NCBI GenBank assembly: GCA_963719085.1
Contig: CAVRAL010000001.1
Location: 512,001-576,000, forward strand
Origin: a candidate division FCPU426 bacterium
Lineage (GTDB): Bacteria; Oederibacteriota; Muellerivitia; Muellerivitales; Muellerivitaceae
Direction of reading: 5' to 3'
DNA length: 64,000 nt
The notes beneath the pieces were generated by a model. The model made no database searches. It saw nothing but the letters and a program-made list of their open reading frames with translations, and was not told the DNA's origin. The stretch's first letter is position 1. Each line of letters starts with the position of its first letter. Position numbers and translations under genes: made by a program. Shown one piece after another: positions 57,749-64,000 of the stretch.

Positions 57749-57858
57749 CGCCGCTCTCGCTTGACCCCTCTGTGGGAGAGCGGTGTGGACGAAGATAAAT
57801 GCGGATTAGCAGTGAAGCGAATGAAGGATTTTTTCACCGGCGTCCATCCGCGTTTATC
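57749..57858. repeat. Two imperfect inverted repeats between convergent queA and globin genes
   Basis: CGCCGCTCTC/GAGAGCGGTG (57749-57785) and GATAAATGCGGAT/ATCCGCGTTTATC (57794-57858). Confidence 0.6.
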
Positions 57859-57879
57859 AATGCGAAACATTTCGGGATT

Positions 57880-58311
57880 CTAGGCTTTGTTGACCATCCA
57901 GGCGGAAAATTCGCCTAAGAATTTTTTAAAACCTTCCAAATGCTCCGGCGGGAAATGATATTTCGAATCCGCCTTTTCCAGGACGCGGCTGAAGCAATCC
58001 AGCCAAATCTTTCGGGCGACCTCATCGATCTCGAAAGGCAAGTGGCGGGCCCGCATCCGGGGCGGGCCGTAGGTTTGGGCGTAAAGAGGCGGGCCGCCCA
58101 AGAGCGTCACAAAAAAGAGGGCTGACTTTTGGGAAGCCTCTTCCATGTCCGGGGGGAAAAGCGCCCGTATTTCTGAATTTCCAAGTTCCTGGTAAAAATC
58201 CGACAGCATCCGAAAAATATTTTCTTGTCCCATTTTCTGGTATATTTCGGGGCTGGGCGGTTGGCCTTGAGGACCGCCGGGCGGCGTATAAATCGGGCTT
58301 TCGCGCTCCAT
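57880..58311 (-). CDS. Group II truncated haemoglobin (GlbO-like)
   Basis: B10 FY, LGGPPLY...GPPRMRARHLPFEI (proximal His), G8 Trp in KIWL. Confidence 0.9.
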   Translation of the reverse strand: MERESPIYTPPGGPQGQPPSPEIYQKMGQENIFRMLSDFYQELGNSEIRALFPPDMEEASQKSALFFVTLLGGPPLYAQTYGPPRMRARHLPFEIDEVARKIWLDCFSRVLEKADSKYHFPPEHLEGFKKFLGEFSAWMVNKA

Positions 58312-58379
58312 TGTGATTTCTTCCTTGGGCCACTCAATTTGGAAAACAAGGCATTTTAGGCTGGAAAGGGAATGGAAGA

Positions 58380-60584
58380 ATGAAAAAAGCGCCGGTTGGT
58401 TTATGGTTCGCTTTGGCCCTTTTGGGGGTTTGGGTTTGCTTCCATTTCAGGGTTTTGTTCGAGGGTCGAAATTTCGTTTATATGGACGCCAGTTGTTTTT
58501 TTTATCCTTTGTGGAGTTGGGGAGCCAGGGTTTGGAATGGGGGCCACATCCCGCTTTGGAATCCGGACGAGGCCTTTGGTTTTCCTTATTTTACCGACCC
58601 GGAAATGCTTTGTTGGTATCCCCCGAAGATTTTGTTTTACCGTTTGTTTTCCGAAGGGGCGGCGTTTAAATATTTGGACCTTCTTCATTATTTGTGGTTT
58701 TTGGCGGGTTTTTGGATTCTCGCCCGAAAAAGAGGTTTTGGGGAATGGCCGATTTGGATTGGTTCCTTAGTCGTTGGGTTTTCCTTTGTGATGGTGGGTT
58801 TAAGTACTTGGGCGCAGGCGATGTTTTTCGCCGCCACTTGGATTCCTTGGGTTTTTATCGCCGCCGGGATGGCGTGGGAAGGGGAGCGGGGCGGCCTCTT
58901 GTTTTTTTCCCTTTGTTCCGGACTGCAATTGTCCGCGGGCTATCCTGTTTACGCCTATCTGACCCTTTTCGCTCTTTTCGCCGAAAAGGCCCTCGAGGCC
59001 GCGCTCCGATGGAATGAAAACCGTAAAAAATTCTGGCGGGGACTGTGGGGTTTGGGAGCGGGAACGACTTTGTCAGTCTTATACAATTTGGTTTGGATCC
59101 TTCCGTTTTTAGAGTTTTCTCCCGTCAGTAATATCGGCCGTCGGTTGGAACTGGCCTCAAGCCTTGGAGTCTCGAATCTCGCCACTTGGGTGAACCCCTT
59201 TTTTTGCGGCCATCCTTTTTTTGACCATGATTCCACCCCCTACTCGGTGACGGTTTATTTTATGGGGCTGCCGGTGGTTTGTCTTATTCTCTGGGGATTG
59301 GCCAAACGGCGGTTGGGCGGGCCTTTGGTTTTTTCATTTTTTGTTTTTTTAATCTTGAGCCTGGGAAAAACAGCCGGGGTGGGGGAATGGTTGAAACATT
59401 TTGTCCCGGGCTATGGGTGGGTGGCTCGATCGGGTTACTGGATGCCCGTGCTGTGCTTTTTCGCGTCTCGGCTGGTTTTGGAGGCGGTCCAGGCTTTTCT
59501 GGAGAAACACCGGGACCAACGCGTGGATTGGACCTGGTGGCTCATTTCTTTAACCACGGTTTTGACGGCTTTGGCGCTGGGTGTGCCTGATGATCTTTCT
59601 TCCTTTTGGGTTTGCGCTTTCTGCCTTTTGGCGTTGGGGTTCAGGAAGATTCCGCCTTTGGGACAAGGGTGTTTATTGACCGGCGCGGTGTTTTTTTCGC
59701 TCGCGCCGGTCGCGTTAAACCTTCATTTCACGCTTCCTCAATCTTATTACGATGACAAACCGCCGATGGCCCAGGCGTTGGGGGGGCCGGGCCGTCTTTT
59801 TGAGACCCCGGAGTTTGTCGACGCGAATCGCGCGATCTCGGGCCGGGATATGAACGATGTTTATGAAAAATTCAAGCAAACCCTCTTGCCCAATTGGCCG
59901 CTACAATTTGGGATGGAGCAGACTTCCTTCAATAATACGATATTTTTGACCGAATTCCTGCGCTGGTATTTCGCGCCGATGGAAGCGGACGCGTCTTCCC
60001 GAATGAAATTTATCGATTACTTGGGGGGGCGGTACATCGCGGGTTCGGGGGAGTATTCGGGCGCCCAAACGATAAACGCGACTCCCTTGGCGTCTGTTTG
60101 GGAAAATCCGGGCGCTTTTCCCAAATGGTTTTCGGTTTCCAAGGCCTTGCCCCAAGGGGAGTGGGACGCGGATTTTAAGGCCATGGAAGGACCGGGTTTT
60201 AATTTTAGCCGCGATTGTTTTGCGGGTGACCCCGCCACGGCAGGGCCTTATACCCGGCGGGAAGTCCGGCTCGCGGGCTCCACGGCGGACCGGATTGAAT
60301 TGGAAGCCCCGGGAGACGGGCGGGCGCTTTTAGTTTCAAGCGAACTGGCTTATCCCGGATGGCACGCCCTCGTGGACGGAAAAAAACGGCCCTTGGAAGT
60401 GGTGAACCACAGTTTCCGGGGATTGGTTTTGGAAAAAGGCGAGAGCCATGTGATCCTTGATTATTCGCCGGTCTCTTTCCGGTTGGGTATGTTTTTATCG
60501 CTTCTGATGGTGTTTGTTTGGATTGGGTTGCTGTTTGAATTCTTTGTTTCGGGAGCCTCGCGACATGGCCGTTCACGAGTTTAA
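58380..60584 (+). CDS. YfhO-family (GT-C-like) polytopic membrane protein
   Basis: D...FYP, GHIPLWNP...GFP, many TMs, C-terminal LVSSELAYPGWHALVDG...G..HV.L.Y.P. Confidence 0.85.
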   Translation: MKKAPVGLWFALALLGVWVCFHFRVLFEGRNFVYMDASCFFYPLWSWGARVWNGGHIPLWNPDEAFGFPYFTDPEMLCWYPPKILFYRLFSEGAAFKYLDLLHYLWFLAGFWILARKRGFGEWPIWIGSLVVGFSFVMVGLSTWAQAMFFAATWIPWVFIAAGMAWEGERGGLLFFSLCSGLQLSAGYPVYAYLTLFALFAEKALEAALRWNENRKKFWRGLWGLGAGTTLSVLYNLVWILPFLEFSPVSNIGRRLELASSLGVSNLATWVNPFFCGHPFFDHDSTPYSVTVYFMGLPVVCLILWGLAKRRLGGPLVFSFFVFLILSLGKTAGVGEWLKHFVPGYGWVARSGYWMPVLCFFASRLVLEAVQAFLEKHRDQRVDWTWWLISLTTVLTALALGVPDDLSSFWVCAFCLLALGFRKIPPLGQGCLLTGAVFFSLAPVALNLHFTLPQSYYDDKPPMAQALGGPGRLFETPEFVDANRAISGRDMNDVYEKFKQTLLPNWPLQFGMEQTSFNNTIFLTEFLRWYFAPMEADASSRMKFIDYLGGRYIAGSGEYSGAQTINATPLASVWENPGAFPKWFSVSKALPQGEWDADFKAMEGPGFNFSRDCFAGDPATAGPYTRREVRLAGSTADRIELEAPGDGRALLVSSELAYPGWHALVDGKKRPLEVVNHSFRGLVLEKGESHVILDYSPVSFRLGMFLSLLMVFVWIGLLFEFFVSGASRHGRSRV

Positions 60585-61710
60585 ACTTATCGCCAAGGAC
60601 GGGAAAACATCCGCCCGGGCGGGTCTTTTGACCCTGCCCCACGGGGAAATCAAGACCCCTTGTTATATGCCCGTGGGGACCCAGGCTTCGGTGAAGGCGC
60701 TTTCACCGGAGGATGTGCTGGCGTGCGGGTCGGAGATTCTTTTGGCCAATACTTATCATTTGATGCTGCGGCCGGGCGCGGACCTTTTGGAAAAAATGGG
60801 CGGTCTTCACCGGTTTATGCATTGGGATAAGCCCATCCTGACCGATAGCGGGGGCTTTCAAGTTTTCAGCCTGGCGGACCTACGCAAAATTACCGAGCAA
60901 GGCGTTGAGTTTCAATCCCACCTCGACGGGCGTAAATGCGAGTTGACGCCGGAAAGCGCGACCCAAATCCAGCACAAAATCGGAGCCGACATCATCATGG
61001 CTTTTGATGAGTGCATTCCGTATCCCTCGCCCGAGGATTATGTGGAACAATCCGTGGACCGCACCAGCCGCTGGGCCCAGCGCTGTTGGGAAACCCACCG
61101 CCAAAGCGGACGGGAAAAGGCGCAATCGCTTTATGGAATCGTGCAAGGGGCCAACTTTCCCCATTTGCGGGAAAAAAGCGCGAAGGCCCTTTTGGCTTTG
61201 GATTTTCCGGGTTACGCCATTGGGGGTGTGTCGGTGGGTGAGCCTAAGGCCAGTATTTACCGGGTGGTGGAACAAACGGCGCCTTATTTGCCCGCGCACA
61301 AGCCCCGGTACTTGATGGGGGTGGGGACTCCGGAAGATCTTTGGGAATGCGTGGAACGGGGTATGGACATGTTTGACTGCGTGATGCCCACCCGAATCGC
61401 CCGCAATGGAACGGCCCTGACCCGAAAGGGAAGGGTAATTTTAAAGAACGCCCAATACGCGCAGGATGAGCGTCCTTTAGATGAGTCCTGCGGTTGTGAG
61501 TGCTGCCGCCACTATAGCCGGGCTTATTTACGGCATCTTTTTCAGGCCGAGGAGCTTTTGGTGTTGAGGCTGGTCAGCCTTCACAATCTTCGGTTTATGA
61601 CGGAAATTTGCGAGACGATGCGCGCGGCGATCGAGCTGAATCGGTTTTCAGAGGCCAAGCGGGAATTTATGGCCCTGTATTTCGATTCGCCGGCCGGGGC
61701 CCAAGGGTAA
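60565..61710 (+). CDS. tgt: tRNA-guanine transglycosylase Tgt
   Basis: MPVGT, LANTYHL, TDSGGFQVFSL, YLMGVG, DMFDCV.PTR, CxCxxC..H zinc site. Confidence 0.97.
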   Translation: MAVHEFKLIAKDGKTSARAGLLTLPHGEIKTPCYMPVGTQASVKALSPEDVLACGSEILLANTYHLMLRPGADLLEKMGGLHRFMHWDKPILTDSGGFQVFSLADLRKITEQGVEFQSHLDGRKCELTPESATQIQHKIGADIIMAFDECIPYPSPEDYVEQSVDRTSRWAQRCWETHRQSGREKAQSLYGIVQGANFPHLREKSAKALLALDFPGYAIGGVSVGEPKASIYRVVEQTAPYLPAHKPRYLMGVGTPEDLWECVERGMDMFDCVMPTRIARNGTALTRKGRVILKNAQYAQDERPLDESCGCECCRHYSRAYLRHLFQAEELLVLRLVSLHNLRFMTEICETMRAAIELNRFSEAKREFMALYFDSPAGAQG

Positions 61711-61789
61711 AATTTTCCCACCCGGACTAAAAGTATCCGGTCGCCGCTCCCCGAAGCCGCTGATTTGGCCTTTTTAAGGGGTTTTTAAC

Positions 61790-61805
61790 TGGCACGGCAT
61801 TTGCT
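61790..61805 (+). promoter_or_regulatory. sigma54 (-24/-12) promoter
   Basis: TGGCACGGCATTTGCT, exact TGGCACG-N4-TTGCW match. Confidence 0.8.
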
Positions 61806-61817
61806 TTTTATAGACGC

Positions 61818-63605
61818 ATGAACACACTGTCCGCTTCCACCATCGAAAACTTTCTGCCGAACGGGAACCTCCCCCCTTTAGCCTCCGGCTTTTCCAGCCG
61901 GAAAATCACGCTTGGCAAGCGGGATATTCTGGCTTGTTTTCGCTCCTTGGTCCTCTTGGTTTTGCTCGTTCTTCTTTTTTTTAACGACCAGAATGGGGAG
62001 GCTTTATCCGATCCCAAGGCCTATTGGTTGATCGGCGCGTTTTTGGCCACCATCGCCGGCATGTTCCTCATCAAGACCCAATCCTTCGAGAATAAAATGG
62101 TTTTGCCCGGCTTTTTTCTGCTGGATACCTTTTTTATTACCGGCGGCATTTATTTAACGGGTGTGACCGACACGGACTTGTTCCTGATCTTTTTCATCAC
62201 GGTTTTCATCTCGGCCCTTTCCCAGGACATCAAAAGTGTTTTCGGGGTCGCGATCGTTTCTTGCGCGCTTTACGCTTTTCTCCAATATAAAACCACCGGT
62301 GAGTTTTTTTCCGAGGATACGGCCCTTTTGGTCCGGTTTCCCTTTCTTTTCGTGGCCGCCGCCATGAGCGGTTTTATCGCCATGGAAGGGAAAAAAGACA
62401 AAGAGGAAAAGAACCATTTACAAGCCATGAACCGCTTCCTGGCCGAACAAGCCGATTCATCCACCTCCAAGCTTTTGGAAACCAACCGCCGGCTCAAGAC
62501 GCTTTTGGAATATCACCATTGCATCCTCTCGTCGTTGAAAACCGGGGTGATTGTGGCCCGGCTGGATGGGACTGTTCGTACCTTCAATTCGGGGGCCCGG
62601 GAAATCACCGGATTCGTGGAAGCGGAGATGGCGGATCGGAAACTGGAGGACTTGCCGGTAAATTTGGAGCCGGTCGCCCGGGCTTTGCAATTGACGCTTC
62701 AAGAAGAAAAGGGCTGCCTGCAGGATCATTTGGAAATCAAGACGGCCCGTTCGGAAGCCGTGCCGGTCACGTTGGAAACTTCCGTTTTGAAAGGCGGCAA
62801 CGGCCAGGTGTTGGGGGCCATCGCCACCTTGAAAGACACGTCCCTTTTACACCAAATGGAAACCCAGCTTTTGCGCGCCGAGCGTCTTTCGGCCTTGGGC
62901 GAGATGGCCGCCGGGGTGGCCCATGAGATTAAAAATCCTTTGAACGCGATCATGGGTTTTTCCAAGCGTCTTTCGGCCAAGATTGAGGAACCAAGCCTCA
63001 AAAAATACGCCGATATTATCGTGGATGAAGTTCGCCGCATGGACGCCACCATCAATGATGTCCTGGAATACAGCCGGCCCGACCGCGTGAGCAAGGAGCC
63101 GGCCGACATTCATAAAATCTTGGAAGAAACCGTGGTCTTTTTGGGCGAGAAACTGGAGAAGGCGGGAGTGGAGGTGAAACAGGAATTTGACGCCGAGGTT
63201 CCCCTGGTTTCCCTGGATTTGGTCAAGGTTCGGCAAGTGGTTTTAAATTTGGTGCTGAACTCCATCCAGGCGATGGACAAAGGGGGGCGGATTACGCTTC
63301 GCACCCGGGTGACGGAAGGTGTGGCGCCGGAATCGGGCGCTCAAAATGAGGCGCTTGTTTTTCAACGGTTGTTTCTCAAACAAAAGATGGTATTGGTTTC
63401 AATCACGGACACGGGATGCGGCATCCCGAAAGAAAATATGGCCAAGCTGTTCCACCCCTTTTTCACGACCAAAATCACGGGAACGGGATTGGGCCTTTCG
63501 ATTTGCCACAAAATTATCGCCTCGCATGGCGGGACGCTGGATGTTCAAAGCGTGGTCGGGCAGGGAAGCACGTTTATGATTTACCTTCCTCTCGGGGAAG
63601 AATAA
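61818..63605 (+). CDS. Membrane PAS-domain sensor histidine kinase (PilS/AtoS-like)
   Basis: Multi-TM N-domain, PAS (FNSGAREITG), H-box AHEIKNPL, N box, DTGCGI, FTTK, GTGLGL. Confidence 0.93.
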   Translation: MNTLSASTIENFLPNGNLPPLASGFSSRKITLGKRDILACFRSLVLLVLLVLLFFNDQNGEALSDPKAYWLIGAFLATIAGMFLIKTQSFENKMVLPGFFLLDTFFITGGIYLTGVTDTDLFLIFFITVFISALSQDIKSVFGVAIVSCALYAFLQYKTTGEFFSEDTALLVRFPFLFVAAAMSGFIAMEGKKDKEEKNHLQAMNRFLAEQADSSTSKLLETNRRLKTLLEYHHCILSSLKTGVIVARLDGTVRTFNSGAREITGFVEAEMADRKLEDLPVNLEPVARALQLTLQEEKGCLQDHLEIKTARSEAVPVTLETSVLKGGNGQVLGAIATLKDTSLLHQMETQLLRAERLSALGEMAAGVAHEIKNPLNAIMGFSKRLSAKIEEPSLKKYADIIVDEVRRMDATINDVLEYSRPDRVSKEPADIHKILEETVVFLGEKLEKAGVEVKQEFDAEVPLVSLDLVKVRQVVLNLVLNSIQAMDKGGRITLRTRVTEGVAPESGAQNEALVFQRLFLKQKMVLVSITDTGCGIPKENMAKLFHPFFTTKITGTGLGLSICHKIIASHGGTLDVQSVVGQGSTFMIYLPLGEE

Positions 63606-63625
63606 AGCTGAAAGAGGAGATCGTC

Positions 63626-64000
63626 ATGGAATCGAAAAAGTTCACCATTTTGTTGGCGGAGGACGAAGAGGCTTCACGCTTGCTTTATACCGAGGAATTG
63701 GAAGAGGCGGGTTTCAATGTTTTGACCGCGGCCAACGGGCTCCAAGCGCTTGGCATTCTGGAAGACGTGAAGGTTGATCTTTTGATGACCGACATCAAAA
63801 TGCCGGACATGCACGCCCTGGAATTGATTCCCCGGGTCCGTGAGGAGCATCCCCATCTTCCTATTTTGGTGGCTTCGGCTTTTAAGGGCATGGAAGATGA
63901 TTTTGCCTTGAAGGGCTGCCGGATCCAGGGATTTTTCACCAAGCCTGTCAACCTGGACGCGCTCAAGGCTGAGATGGTCAGAATTTTAGAATCCCAAGCG
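63626..64000 (+). CDS. Response regulator receiver protein (runs off window end)
   Basis: Read from the sequence (absent from ORF track): MESKKFTILLAEDE...DLLMTDIKMP...VASA...TKP; GAGGAG RBS. Confidence 0.9.
   Translation, partial: MESKKFTILLAEDEEASRLLYTEELEEAGFNVLTAANGLQALGILEDVKVDLLMTDIKMPDMHALELIPRVREEHPHLPILVASAFKGMEDDFALKGCRIQGFFTKPVNLDALKAEMVRILESQA

Overview
Bacterial chromosome window, almost entirely + strand, from a diderm organism (FlgH/FlgI L/P rings plus outer-membrane beta-barrels). Bases 1-37.7 kb hold a large flagellar supercluster: fliI-fliJ-motAB-fliLMYOPQR-flhBAFG-PilZ-orf-fliA-fapA-orf-orf-flhB-like, two PorV-like barrel genes, then flgFGAHIJ-yvyF-like-flgMNK-fliK-flgD-TIGR02530-flgE-NHL lipoprotein-flbD. 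Its accessory genes resemble Firmicute/spirochaete clusters. It is followed by a Thr/Pro-linker surface protein with a T9SS-CTD/FlgD-Ig-like tail, two more PorV-like barrels and tRNA-Phe. The rest is mostly housekeeping: phosphohexomutase, rlmH, FecR protein, DinG, ruvB, MCP, GldAFG-like ABC system with DUF4340, tatC, transaldolase, DUF2905, SpoIID-like, queA, truncated haemoglobin, YfhO-like GT-C, tgt, and a sensor kinase/response regulator pair behind a sigma54-type promoter. The most notable observations are: (1) a covarying RNA hairpin with a GGA internal loop repeated in the flgG and flgE leaders, next to the uncharacterised TIGR02530 protein; (2) four PorV-like barrels and a CTD-bearing cargo in and beside the flagellar cluster, with no T9SS core in view; (3) the hook gene block moved behind an atypical FlgK, with non-canonical sigma28-like promoters. 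All family calls are by motif recognition only; no searches were run.
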